From contig JBPOGH010000006.1 in the NCBI GenBank assembly GCA_051252135.1, positions 64,001 to 128,000 on the forward strand: DNA of 64,000 bases. The letters run 5' to 3'. Below, in pieces: positions 28,019 to 38,800 of this stretch. Each line of letters opens with the position of its first letter. Positions within the stretch are counted from its first letter, which is position 1. The notes beneath the pieces are model-generated. The model worked only from the letters and a program-made list of their open reading frames with translations, searched no databases and had not been told where the DNA came from. Position numbers and translations under genes: made by a program. The stretch is from Verrucomicrobiaceae bacterium (GTDB lineage Bacteria > Verrucomicrobiota > Verrucomicrobiia > Verrucomicrobiales > Akkermansiaceae).

Positions 28019-31000
28019 TTACAGACTGAGATTGGTAAATCGCAGATGGAGGAACTGTTTTGAGCTGTTGAGGGGGATGCGGCACATTCGAGCCTCCGAG
28101 CCTGCAATGACCGGAGGGGAGGGATCAAGCTCATCGATCATCCCGTTTTGATGCCAGTCAATCATGTCGGTGGAAGTCTCGGGGAGGTACCGGAGTCCGG
28201 CTCCAATCCGATTTTCCCAGACCCGGTAGTGGAGGACAAGACAGGGGACTCCTTCGAAATCTGCCACTGATTGCCCCAAGGGCAATTGGTCGATCGTGTT
28301 AGGATTCATGTTCAGGGCATACTCGGTGAAGTTGTCGACACCATCATTGTCGGGATCAGCTCCCGGGAGGGCATCGTCTCCGGAGAGGGAATGCTCTTCA
28401 GCCCAGCTGTCGTAATCGAGGGAGTTCCCGGCTTTTACGACGAGGACGACATTTTGCTGGGAAACCGGAGGGGCACCGATGACTGGGTAGGTGACATCAA
28501 ATCTTGCGGCAATCGCCTGATCGAATGTCCCGACCCGGGTGTTGGCATCGACCACTTCGAACGAGGTATCCACCGGTGGGCTAAATCCTCCTTCCAGGTT
28601 GGCAACAACTGTTCCGGCCAAGGTGGCCGTGTTGTTGACGACCAAGCGGTCAAAGTCCGGTGAGTTGCCTGCCACCCCGACCACGAGTCGTCCGGTTGAG
28701 GTTTGCTGGAAAGGCGGGGCGACGGTGAGCGTTCCGGTGGGTGACCCGATGGTCAGGGTGCCTTCGTTGATGAAGAGGTTCCCACCATAGACGCGGGAGA
28801 TTGATACCGCTCCAGGAGTATTCAGGGTTCCGGTGGGGAGGTTGCGCAGAGTCGAGTTCTCGTAGCATTGGACGACTCCCGATCCATTCAGAGTGAGGGT
28901 GCCCGCGTTGCGGAGTTCTCCGTTGAGGTTGATCCTTCTGAATCCATCGGTGGTCGTTGAGGCTGCTCCGTTAAAGGAAACCACTCCGCTGACGGTTCCG
29001 GAGCTCCATTCGATCGATTGACCGGTGAGAGAAGCCATGGATTCTGCGACTCCCAATAATTCCGCGCCGGCCAGTTCAAGAACCGAGCTATCGACTGTTG
29101 TTGTTCCAGCCAAGGTCGTCGTTCCTCCAATCAGGGCAGTGTTTCCGGGACCGGTGATGGTGTTTCCATCCCAGAATGAGAATGGCCCATTGATCGCGAT
29201 TCGACCGCTTTGGCAATTGATAGTTCCATCGCTGAAATACGGGATCGATTGAAGGAGCGAATCACCGTCTCCACCGGATTTCAGAATGGTGCCATGATTT
29301 GTGAGGGAGCTTCCTCCATAGACAATCTGAAACGGGCTTCCGTCGTCTGTCAGTTCCAGGGTCCCGGAGGCGTCAATTTCCACGAGGCATTTTTCATAAG
29401 CCTGAATATGTCCGTTTCCATTCAGTTTGAGCTTCCCCTGAATGTCGAGAGCGGCCCCCAGGTTCAGGCGTCTGAGTTCAGGGTCGCTTCCATCGACATG
29501 GAGGGTTGCGCCATTCGGGATGACAGATTGCCCTCCGAGATATCCGTTGGACCAGCTGCTTCCGTCGAGGAATCGAAACTCACCGTCAGGAAGTTGCCCC
29601 TCAATGGTTCCTCCGTCGAGGTGGGCAATGGCATTGACCGGGGCGATGGCTCTGAGAGTGCCACCGGTGACTCTAATATCCCCTGATCCGGTTATGGTGG
29701 AGTCGGTATCCAGTTCATGAATTCCTCCAGTGAAGAGGAGGGTGCCGCCTGAAGTGGCCTGGTAGGTTCCCGTGCTGGGGCCACCTCCACCATGACAGGC
29801 GAGGGTTCCCGCAGGGATACTGACGAGGCCGTGGTTGACGAGTTGATTGTTGATCTGAAGGTCACCGGACGAAGTCGTGGTAAGAAGCCCACCGGGCGCG
29901 ACTTCGAGGACGTTTCCTCCGTAGGTAATTGAGATGAGGGCCGTTCCGGTGCCTTCGCAACGACCGCCTGAATTGATCTTGATGAGAGTCCTTTCATAGG
30001 CAATCAAGGTGCCGGACGATAGCTCCAGAGCTCCAGAGACTTCGAGGGTGGCAAGAACATGGAGTCTCTTCTCGGCACCTGTGCCGTCACTGACTACGAG
30101 CCGTCCACTGGAACCAATGACGCAGTCACCATAGCTAATCCCGCCAGTCCACTCCAGGAGTCCATTGATGGAACCACCTGTGCCGGTGATGGAGCCGCCA
30201 ATCCAAGTGGTGGGAGCGGTGAACTCCACCGTTCCGGGTAGGTGCATGGTTCCGTTGAGATTGACCTGGCCAGTTCCGGAGATCGTGCTGCTGTCTTCGA
30301 AGTAGAGGGTATTGGTAAACTCCAGCGTGGAGGTGTTGCAGAGAATGTCTCCTTTGTGACGAATGGTGGGGCTGTCACAGACGGTCGTGCCGCCGGAACC
30401 ATTGGATTTTTGGAACGTGCCTTCGATGATGAGCTCATTCCCTCCGTAGACACTGTCAAATGGATCACCGTCGTTTGAGAGATTACAGACTCCATCCGGG
30501 TGAATTTGAACGACGCTGTTTTCGTAGAATTGAAGTGGTCTTGGTCCGGTCCAGCGGAGCTCACCGTGAACATCGAGCCGGGAGTTGATGTTGAGTCTCT
30601 TGAATTCTTCTCCGGTGATGTTGAGAAGAGAACCGTGGGGAATCCCGATCGCCCCCGCCAAAGTGCCGGCTTCGTAGTCGAGGCTTCCGACCAATGAGCA
30701 AGGTGCTGTTCCAGTCAGGGTTTCACCGATCATCCAAAGTGAGTTGACTGTTTCGGTGACCGTTCCACTGAGTCTGACGTCTCCGTTGAAGAGAATTGAA
30801 GAGCTTCCGGAAAGAGTCGAGCCATCGGTCAACTCGGTGAGCGGTTGGAGTTCGATTGTGCCGCTGTTCGATACCAATGATCCATTGTTCCGGAAGGCGA
30901 GCGACTTGAAGGTGGCGGTTTCTGATCCGGCGGATTTGATGACGGTGCCATCGTTCTCAAGCTGACTACCACCGTAGAGGATGGTGAATGGTGTTCCGTC

Positions 31001-32134
31001 GGCCGCGATATCGATCGTGCCGTCGGCGTGGTTGTGAATGGTGTTCCGTTCGTAAGCGTTAATCGGTCCGCTTCCATGCCAGCGCAGGACTCCGTGGTTT
31101 TCGATACCTGCAAGTATATTCAAGCGGTGGATCTCCGGCCCTTTGACTTCCAGTTGGGAGCCTCCTGCGATGTGGAATGTTCCCGAAATCGTGCCATCGA
31201 GCCAGTCGAGGGTCCCATTGAATGCGGCAGTTTCGCTACAGATCAATTGACCTCCGGAGTTTAGGCGAAGGCTTGAGACTGTCTCAGTCACCACACCCGA
31301 GAGGTGGGTGTTGCCGACGATGTCGATGGTTCCGGGACCAGTCAATTCGGCACCGTTGGGGAGGTTTGTTGTGGTTGCCAAATTTAGAATTCCGCTGTTG
31401 GCGCGGGTCTGACCCATGAGGTTGAAGGTCCAGCTGTTGCCCAAGTTGGTGACAGGAGCCGTTCCGTTCTTTTGAAGAACTCCGTGGTTGTTGAAGATGT
31501 TTCCTCCATAGAGGCTGGTGAAGGGAGTTTCCGTATTTTGGAGAGACCAAGTGCCGTGGTTCTCAATGACGGCGGTCTCGTAGCCCCGAAGTTGTCCGCC
31601 GCTCATCGTCACGGTGCCCTGATTGTTGAAGGTCGTATGGAAAAAATCCGATACTCCCGAGGGGAGATTCACGGAGGCTCCCTCGGCTAGATTTAGAGAT
31701 GAATTCCGAATCGTTAGTCCTGTCCAAGTTGAGGAGGAGGTCAGATTGATGGTCGCGCTTTGGATGGTTCCTCCAGTGGTGTTGAGGTGGGCGAGATTGG
31801 CAGTTGCGACCGTCAGGTGGCTTGTTCCGTTGAGAGTTGCGGTGGTTGCCGTCAGCGTGTCCATGTTGGAGACCGTGGAATTGTGCAGCGAGAAGGTTTT
31901 GACGGTACGACTACCGCCGGCATTGACATTGCCGTCCGTGATTGTGACGTCGTCATTGACTCCAGGAACTCCTGATGGAGCCCAGTTTCGGGAGTCGCTC
32001 CAGTTGGAATCGTGGTCTCCGGTCCATGAATAGCTTGCAGCAACGGCCCAAGGGGACAGGAGCAAGGTGACGGCCAGGGTTTTGCCGCAGGTTGAGCCAC
32101 GTCGAGCTCTACCAGTGTTGTTGTTGGTTTTCAT
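28019..32134 (-). CDS. Large secreted beta-helix / adhesin-like repeat protein
   Basis: About 1371 aa from MKTNNN; signal-like segment, WTG..DSNWSDSRNW.P.GVP head, six long Gly/Asn/Thr-rich repeats, C-terminal DPDNDG domain. Confidence 0.75.
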   Translation of the reverse strand: MKTNNNTGRARRGSTCGKTLAVTLLLSPWAVAASYSWTGDHDSNWSDSRNWAPSGVPGVNDDVTITDGNVNAGGSRTVKTFSLHNSTVSNMDTLTATTATLNGTSHLTVATANLAHLNTTGGTIQSATINLTSSSTWTGLTIRNSSLNLAEGASVNLPSGVSDFFHTTFNNQGTVTMSGGQLRGYETAVIENHGTWSLQNTETPFTSLYGGNIFNNHGVLQKNGTAPVTNLGNSWTFNLMGQTRANSGILNLATTTNLPNGAELTGPGTIDIVGNTHLSGVVTETVSSLRLNSGGQLICSETAAFNGTLDWLDGTISGTFHIAGGSQLEVKGPEIHRLNILAGIENHGVLRWHGSGPINAYERNTIHNHADGTIDIAADGTPFTILYGGSQLENDGTVIKSAGSETATFKSLAFRNNGSLVSNSGTIELQPLTELTDGSTLSGSSSILFNGDVRLSGTVTETVNSLWMIGETLTGTAPCSLVGSLDYEAGTLAGAIGIPHGSLLNITGEEFKRLNINSRLDVHGELRWTGPRPLQFYENSVVQIHPDGVCNLSNDGDPFDSVYGGNELIIEGTFQKSNGSGGTTVCDSPTIRHKGDILCNTSTLEFTNTLYFEDSSTISGTGQVNLNGTMHLPGTVEFTAPTTWIGGSITGTGGSINGLLEWTGGISYGDCVIGSSGRLVVSDGTGAEKRLHVLATLEVSGALELSSGTLIAYERTLIKINSGGRCEGTGTALISITYGGNVLEVAPGGLLTTTSSGDLQINNQLVNHGLVSIPAGTLACHGGGGPSTGTYQATSGGTLLFTGGIHELDTDSTITGSGDIRVTGGTLRAIAPVNAIAHLDGGTIEGQLPDGEFRFLDGSSWSNGYLGGQSVIPNGATLHVDGSDPELRRLNLGAALDIQGKLKLNGNGHIQAYEKCLVEIDASGTLELTDDGSPFQIVYGGSSLTNHGTILKSGGDGDSLLQSIPYFSDGTINCQSGRIAINGPFSFWDGNTITGPGNTALIGGTTTLAGTTTVDSSVLELAGAELLGVAESMASLTGQSIEWSSGTVSGVVSFNGAASTTTDGFRRINLNGELRNAGTLTLNGSGVVQCYENSTLRNLPTGTLNTPGAVSISRVYGGNLFINEGTLTIGSPTGTLTVAPPFQQTSTGRLVVGVAGNSPDFDRLVVNNTATLAGTVVANLEGGFSPPVDTSFEVVDANTRVGTFDQAIAARFDVTYPVIGAPPVSQQNVVLVVKAGNSLDYDSWAEEHSLSGDDALPGADPDNDGVDNFTEYALNMNPNTIDQLPLGQSVADFEGVPCLVLHYRVWENRIGAGLRYLPETSTDMIDWHQNGMIDELDPSPPVIAGSEARMCRIPLNSSKQFLHLRFTNLSL

Positions 32135-32423
32135 CAGTTTATGGTTTGGGGGTGTGCCCTCCTGATGCGTTTTTTTTCCAAGCCACCTTGAGAAGTGGGG
32201 TGAAATCGCTCGCATCCGGGGGGCGGATGCCTTGCGGGTGGTAATCACTCTTTCGGCACAACTGTTGTAACAAACAACTATGTTCCAAATAAGGAAAACA
32301 GGGTGTAAGATTACCCGATCTTTATAATGGTAAGGTGGCTGTTTTCCCTAATAATTAGGGGGGAAAGTTAGATGAATGATCGGTTGATTTTTCGACCGGT
32401 CATCAGGATCCCCAACTTCCGGA

Positions 32424-33947
32424 TCAGGGAGAAAATGAGCGTCCGAGGCGGTAGAATTTGATGGCCTGGGAGGGGGCGGGATCGGTGGCGCCGAGGGTGT
32501 TGCCGGAGGGGGTGATGGGAGTGCCGAGGGGGTGCCAGTCGTCGGGGTCGAGGGTTTCGGAATATTGGACGAGATAGGTGGCTCCGGGGACGACGTTGGT
32601 CCAGAGCATTTGGACTTCGTTATTTAGAGAAGTGAGCTGGGAGGGTTGGGGCATGGCGATGTTTTGAAGTCCGGGAGTGCCGCCGTCCTGATCACTGGGT
32701 GCCCAGTGTGCGGGGAGGGAGTTGTCGAGTGAGAGATCGATGAGCATGAGGCTGGGGCCTGAGTTATCGGGTGACGCGGGCCAGTCGCCGGATGATTGGT
32801 AGGGGACGGAGTCGATGATGAGGCCGAGTTGATTGCGGAGAATGATGGGTTCGCCATCGACGGGGCGATCGGTGCCGGAGTAGTCGAAGACCCGGATGGG
32901 GAGGTGGGAGTAGTTGGAGGCGGTGGCGGCGACGATGAGGTATTCGCCGGGGGCGATGGAGGTGTTGTCAGGGAAGGTGAAGGTGACGCCCATGCTGAAG
33001 CTGGCGAGGGAGAGGTCGTAGGGCTGGGTGCCGCGGTTGTAGAACTCGATGAAGGAATGGTCGTTTCCCTGGGCGGGAGCGGGGTTGTAGTGGACCTCGC
33101 TGATGACGACCGGTTCATCGGGGATGGTCGGGAGATCGGAGAGGTGTTGGAAGACGGGGGTGAGGGTGCCGTTTGGGAGGTCGTGCTCGAGGACAACGAC
33201 GGTGCGGAGAGTGGGGGTGAGTTCTTCCTTGAGTCCGGCTCCGATGAAGCGGACGCCATCGGTGGTAGTGTGGTCGATGAAGAATTCCTCGGTGTCGGTT
33301 CCGGTGCGGTCGCCGGCGAGGCAGATGACATCGATGCCATTGTTTTGGGCTTGGACCAGGTAGGGGTAGACGGTGCTGTGGAAATTTTTTCCCGAGAGGT
33401 TGTTTGAGCTGGCGCCGATTTTTGGGCTGCCTTGCAGGTGTGCAAGCGGGGCGTAGTCGGAGAGCCAGATGAGGTGGTGGTGGACGAGGACGAGGTGGGT
33501 TTCGGTGGTGAGTGAGTCGATGGCGTCTTCGAGGAAGGTGAGCTGGGTTCCGGTGATGTTTTGGCTGTTGGCGGTGGTGTCGAGGACGACAAAGGCGATG
33601 TTGTTTTCGGTATGGGCGTAGAAGGCGGAGCGGCCGGTTTTATCGGTGAGGTAGGACTTGTTGTGGGTGTCGTGATTTCCGAAGGCGGTGAGGGTGTTGG
33701 GGGAGGAGAGGGTGAAGATTTCCTCAAGGTAGTCGACGGTGGCGCGGGTTCCGGTGCCGCGCCAGGTGTAGTCGCCTCCGAGGAGGAGAAGGTTGTAGGC
33801 GGAGTAGTCGATGCGCTCGACAAGCTGCTGGACGATCTCGCCGGGCTCGTCGTCGCGGGGGTGCCCCATGAAGAGATATTGATGGGTGGTGTCCGCGTGG
33901 CAGGCGGCGGCCACGAGCAGGAGGGACGGGAGAAACTTTTTCACCAT
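32424..33947 (-). CDS. Secreted metallophosphoesterase-like plus lamin-tail domain protein
   Basis: Signal peptide; LGGD, GNHD and VHHH motifs; VISEVHYNP..FIEFYN lamin-tail motif. Confidence 0.75.
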   Translation of the reverse strand: MVKKFLPSLLLVAAACHADTTHQYLFMGHPRDDEPGEIVQQLVERIDYSAYNLLLLGGDYTWRGTGTRATVDYLEEIFTLSSPNTLTAFGNHDTHNKSYLTDKTGRSAFYAHTENNIAFVVLDTTANSQNITGTQLTFLEDAIDSLTTETHLVLVHHHLIWLSDYAPLAHLQGSPKIGASSNNLSGKNFHSTVYPYLVQAQNNGIDVICLAGDRTGTDTEEFFIDHTTTDGVRFIGAGLKEELTPTLRTVVVLEHDLPNGTLTPVFQHLSDLPTIPDEPVVISEVHYNPAPAQGNDHSFIEFYNRGTQPYDLSLASFSMGVTFTFPDNTSIAPGEYLIVAATASNYSHLPIRVFDYSGTDRPVDGEPIILRNQLGLIIDSVPYQSSGDWPASPDNSGPSLMLIDLSLDNSLPAHWAPSDQDGGTPGLQNIAMPQPSQLTSLNNEVQMLWTNVVPGATYLVQYSETLDPDDWHPLGTPITPSGNTLGATDPAPSQAIKFYRLGRSFSP

Positions 33948-34038
33948 TGTTGGGAAGATAGGAGATGGGGGGTGGGAGGCAAGAAGTTCCCATCTTTTGG
34001 ATAGGCTTGGGGGGCTTGGGACCGTAGCTTCTTTTGAA

Positions 34039-35559
34039 ATGAGACTTCGCTCCCTTTTACTTCCCTTGATCAGTTGTGTTGCCGTGGTTCAGACTTCGTT
34101 TGGTGCGGAGTCGAAGCGGCCCAACATCCTGTTTATCATTGCCGACGACCAATCGCCTCAGGATTTGAAAATTTACAATCCGCGGTCGGTTCTGGACACG
34201 CCGGTGCTGAGCAAGTTGGCGGCGGAGGGGATGGTGCTGGATGGGGCGCATCACATGGGATCGTTTTCGGGTGCGGTGTGTACGCCGAGTCGTCACATGG
34301 TGATGTGTGGCCGGACGGTGTGGCATTTGCCGAATGCGACGAAGCTGGTGGGAGACGGGCTTTGTCCGGAAGGGGTGGAGAAGAACACGATGGCGGCGGT
34401 GTTTAACCGGGCGGGCTACGACACGATGCGGACGTGTAAGAGGGGGAACAGCTATGCGGATGCGAACAAGCAGTTCACGGTGGTTCGCGATGCGACAAAG
34501 CGGGGAGGGACCGAGGAGAGCGGTAGCGGTTGGCATGCGAAGCAGGTGCTCGATTACTTGAATGAGCGTGAGGCGGCAAAGGACGAGGATCCGTTTTTGA
34601 TCTACTTTGGATTTTCGCATCCGCATGACGTGCGGGACGGGACGCCGGAGCTGCTGGAAAAATATGGAGCGGTGAATCATACGGACCGTGAGAATCTTCC
34701 ACCGGCGAACGAGAAGCAGCCGCAGTTGCCGATCAATTATTTGCCGAAGCATCCTTTTGAACACGGGCATCCGAATTTGCGGGATGAAGTGGCAGTGAAG
34801 GGTGTTTGGGAGAAGCGGGATGAGCGGACGATTCGTAATGAGATCGGTCGGGAGTTTGCTTGCTCTGAGAATATCGATATTCAGATCGGCAAAGTGCTCG
34901 CGAAGCTGGAAGCAATGGGGGAATTGGAGAACACGTATATCGTTTATACGGCGGACCACGGGATGGCGATCGGGCGTCATGGCTTGCAAGGGAAACAGAA
35001 CCTGTATGAGCATACGTGGAAGGTGCCGTTTATTGTGAAGGGGCCGGGAGTGAAGGCGGGAGCGCGCGCGGAGGGAAATATCTACCTGCTCGATGTGCTG
35101 GCGACGCTTTGTGATTTTGCGGGGATTGATGCGCCGTCGAGCAACGAGGGGTTAAGTTTTCTGCCGGTGTTAAAAGGGGAGAAGGAAGTGATGCGTGATG
35201 TGCTTTATGGAACGTATTCCGGTGGCACGAAGCCGGGGATGCGGAGTGTGAAGAAGGGTGACTGGAAGCTGATCAAATACGATGTGCTTGATGGGAAAGT
35301 GCGCGAGACGCAGCTTTTTAATCTGAAGGAGAATCCTCACGAATATCTTGCCGAGCACGGGAAGGATGATTCGAAGTTGGTGAATCTTGCGGGCGATCCG
35401 GCCCATGTCGGGAAGCTTGCTGAAATGGAAGCGCTGCTGCTGGAAGAGATGCGGCGATTGAATGATCCGTATCGTTTGTGGAACCAGCCGCAGGAGGTTG
35501 CCCCACCGAAGAAGGCCAAGGCTCCCCAGAAGAAGCGGAAGCAGAAGCAGGCGAAATGA
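34039..35559 (+). CDS. Sulfatase (formylglycine-dependent, S1)
   Basis: Signal peptide, PNILFIIADD, CTPSR, YTADHG, GKQNLYE; start at MRLRS. Confidence 0.93.
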   Translation: MRLRSLLLPLISCVAVVQTSFGAESKRPNILFIIADDQSPQDLKIYNPRSVLDTPVLSKLAAEGMVLDGAHHMGSFSGAVCTPSRHMVMCGRTVWHLPNATKLVGDGLCPEGVEKNTMAAVFNRAGYDTMRTCKRGNSYADANKQFTVVRDATKRGGTEESGSGWHAKQVLDYLNEREAAKDEDPFLIYFGFSHPHDVRDGTPELLEKYGAVNHTDRENLPPANEKQPQLPINYLPKHPFEHGHPNLRDEVAVKGVWEKRDERTIRNEIGREFACSENIDIQIGKVLAKLEAMGELENTYIVYTADHGMAIGRHGLQGKQNLYEHTWKVPFIVKGPGVKAGARAEGNIYLLDVLATLCDFAGIDAPSSNEGLSFLPVLKGEKEVMRDVLYGTYSGGTKPGMRSVKKGDWKLIKYDVLDGKVRETQLFNLKENPHEYLAEHGKDDSKLVNLAGDPAHVGKLAEMEALLLEEMRRLNDPYRLWNQPQEVAPPKKAKAPQKKRKQKQAK

Positions 35560-35816
35560 GTGAATCGATTTGGTTCCTTTACATGATCAAATGCGGCGAC
35601 GGGTCGCTTTACACCGGGATCGCGACCGATGTGGAGCGGCGGTTTGCGGAGCATGAGGAAGGTGCTCCGAAGGGGGCGAAGTATACGCGGGGGAAGGGGC
35701 CGTTGAGTTTGGTCTATCAGGTTGAGGTTGGGACGCGGTCGGAGGCTTGCAAGGAAGAGTTGCGGGTGAAAAGTTTGACGAAGAAGGAGAAGCTTAAGCT
35801 GGTGGAGATTGGTTGA
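35556..35816 (+). CDS. Small GIY-YIG nuclease (YazA/UPF0213-like)
   Basis: LYMIKCGDGSLYTGI..DVERRFAEH..GAKYTRG..E..VK; ATGA overlap with the sulfatase. Confidence 0.9.
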   Translation: MSESIWFLYMIKCGDGSLYTGIATDVERRFAEHEEGAPKGAKYTRGKGPLSLVYQVEVGTRSEACKEELRVKSLTKKEKLKLVEIG

Positions 35817-35856
35817 TTGGGTAGATTGGGAAGCTCTCGAGAAGAGTGATCCATTT

Positions 35857-38800
35857 ATGAACCGGTTTATTTGTGCAGCATTCTTTGGGACGACGATTGG
35901 GGTGGCCTCTTCAGCTGAGGCCTGGGTGAGCAGGGAGTTGGTGGGAGAGTTTTATGCGGAGGGCGCGGGGGTGGGCGATGTGGATGGGGACGGGGCGGTG
36001 GATTTGGTTTATGGTCCGTGGTGGCTGAAGGGGCCGGGTTTTGGGGAGAAGAGGCGTTACACGAAGGGGGAGCCTTTTGTGGGCGAGAGGGGATATTCGG
36101 ATCATTTTTTCAGCTTTGTGCGGGACTTCGATGGGGACGGGCGGAGTGATTTGTTGGTGTTTGGATTTCCGGGGAAGGAGGCGCGGCTTTATGTGAATCC
36201 GGGAGGGGAGTCGGAGGAGTGGCCGATGTTTGTGGTGGCGACGGAGGTGGCGAATGAAGCGCCGTATTTTGCGGATTTGATTGCGGGCGGTCATGAGGAA
36301 ATTGTGTGCGCGCGGTCGGGGGAATATGGCTTTTATAAAGCGGGAGAGGATGTGACGAAGCCGTGGGCGTGGCATGCGGTTTCAGGGAAGGGCGAGGCAG
36401 CGACGCCCTTTGGTCACGGGTTGGGGGTTGGTGATGTGAACGGGGATGGGCGCTTGGATGTGGTGGAGAAGATGTCGTGGTATGAGCAGCCGGTTGATGG
36501 TGGGGCGTGGACGAGGCATGCGTGGGAGATTGTGCCGTATGGCGGTGGGGGCGCGCAGATATTGGTGCATGATTTCGATGGAGACGGGGACGGGGATGTG
36601 GTGAGTTCATTTAACGCGCACGGGCATGGGTTGGGGTGGTTTGAGCAGCTGGAGGGGGGGCGGTTTGAGCGGCATCATTTGATGGGGAAGAGCTCGACGG
36701 AGGGTGCGTATGGGGTGGCGTTTTCGCAGCTGCATGCGTTGGAGAAGGCGGATGTCGATGGTGATGGGCGAATGGATTTTGTGACGGGGAAGCGTTATTT
36801 GGCGCATCAGGGGAAGGATGTGGGAGGGTTGGAAGCTCCGGTGCTGTATTGGTTTCGCAATACGGTGGGGGCTGATGGGGAGTTGGAGTTTGTGCCGCAC
36901 TTGATCGATGACGACTCAGGGGTGGGCGTGGGGTTGCCGGTGGCAGATTTGAACGGGGACGGGACGCTTGATGTGGTGACGGCGAACAAGAAGGGTCTGA
37001 TTGTCCACTTGCAGCAGGCGGGAGCGCGGCACGAGGGACTGGAGAAGTGGAAGGTGGCGGGTGGCCGTTCGCAGAAAGATTACGGGTCGGGGCTTTCGGC
37101 GGAGGAGGCGTTGAAGCGGATGGAAGTGCCGGAGGGGTTTGAGGTTGATTTGATTGCGAGTGAGCCGGAGGTGAGGCAGCCGATTGCGATGTGCTTTGAT
37201 GTGCGGGGGAGAATCTGGGTGGTGGAGGGGCACACCTATCCGGTGAGAGCACCCGAGGGTGAGGGGAAGGATCGGATTTTGATTCTCGAAGATGCGGATG
37301 GAGATGGGACTTTTGAATCGAGGAAGGTGTTTGCGGAGGGGCTTAATTTGGTGAGCGGGATCGAGGTGGGCTTTGGTGGGGTGTATGTGGGGGCGGCTCC
37401 TTACTTTCTCTTTATTGCGGATCGGGATGGAGACGATGTGCCGGACGGGGAGCCGGAGGTTCTGTTAGATGGATGGGGGTATGAGGATACGCACGAGACG
37501 CTGAATGCCTTTACGTGGGGGCCGGACGGTTGGTTGTACGGGTGTCACGGAGTGTTTACGCACTCGAAGGTGGGGAAGCCGGGGACTCCGGAAGGCGAGC
37601 GTGAACCAATCAATGCGGGGGTGTGGCGTTTTCATCCGGAGACGCAGGAGTTCGAGGTTTATGCGCACGGGACGAGCAATCCGTGGGGGGTGGATTTTAA
37701 CGAATACGGGGATTGGTTTGTGAGTGCTTGTGTCATTCCACACTTCTTCCATTTGTCACAAGGGGGGCGATACCGGCGGCAGGCGGGGCAGCATTTTGAT
37801 GCGCACACCTACGATGATATTAAGACGATTGCGGATCATGCGCACTTTGCGGGGAACATTCGCGATCATGCCTTTTGGGGAGTGAACAAGGATAACGCTC
37901 CGGCGGCACCGAGTGATACTTCGGCGCTGGGTGGCGGGCATGCGCATTGTGGGCTGGTGCTTTATCAGGGGGAGGAGTTTCCGGAGCGTTATCGTGGGCA
38001 GGCGTTTTTTCACAATTTGCACGGGCACCGGATGGTGCGGGAGGAGCTTGAGCGAGACGGGTCGGGGTTTGTGGCGCGGCATCGGCCGGATTTTTTGCTG
38101 ACGAACAATCACGACTTCATCGGGGTGGGATTGATGCAGGGGCCGGATGGGGCGTTGTATTTTTCGGACTGGGTGGATCCGCAGACGTGTCATCATCGTG
38201 ACGTGAAGATCTGGGACCGGAGCAACGGGCGGATTTTCCGGGTGAGGTATGGGGATGTGCAGAAGGATGTTCCTGATTTGGGGACGTTGGGCGACGGGGC
38301 GTTGGTGGCGATGCTGGGATCGGGGAATGCGGTGCGGGCGCGGATGGCGCAGCGGCTGTTACAGGAGAGAGCGGTGGCAGGGACGTTTGAGGTGGAACTG
38401 GTGCGGGCCGGGCTGGATGATTTTGAGAAGAGGCATCGTGACTCGGTGCCGATGCGGCTGCGGGGACTTTGGGCGAAGCATGTGTGCGGGGTGTTGTCGG
38501 AGGAGGAACTTTTGGTGAATCTGGATGATGGGGAAGAAGTGATCCGGGGGTGGTCGGTTCAGTTGTTGGGTGAAGGGAAAGGAGCGCTGGCGGCGCCGAT
38601 TCATGAGAAATTGGTGAGGATGGCGAAGGATGATTACTCGTTGGTGGTGCGTCGTTATTTGGCTTCGCTTCTGCAGCGATTGCCTTTGGAGCAGCGGTGG
38701 GAGATTGCGGAGGGGTTGATCGGGCATCATCGGAGTGAGGCTGATCGGAATATTCCCTTGTTGAGCTGGTATGGAATTGAGCCCTTGGTCGTTGCTGATC

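Noticed and set aside
35556..35816. GIY-YIG homing endonuclease or mobile intron
   Set aside because: An 86-aa stand-alone YazA-type protein with no interrupted host gene or DNA-binding extension.
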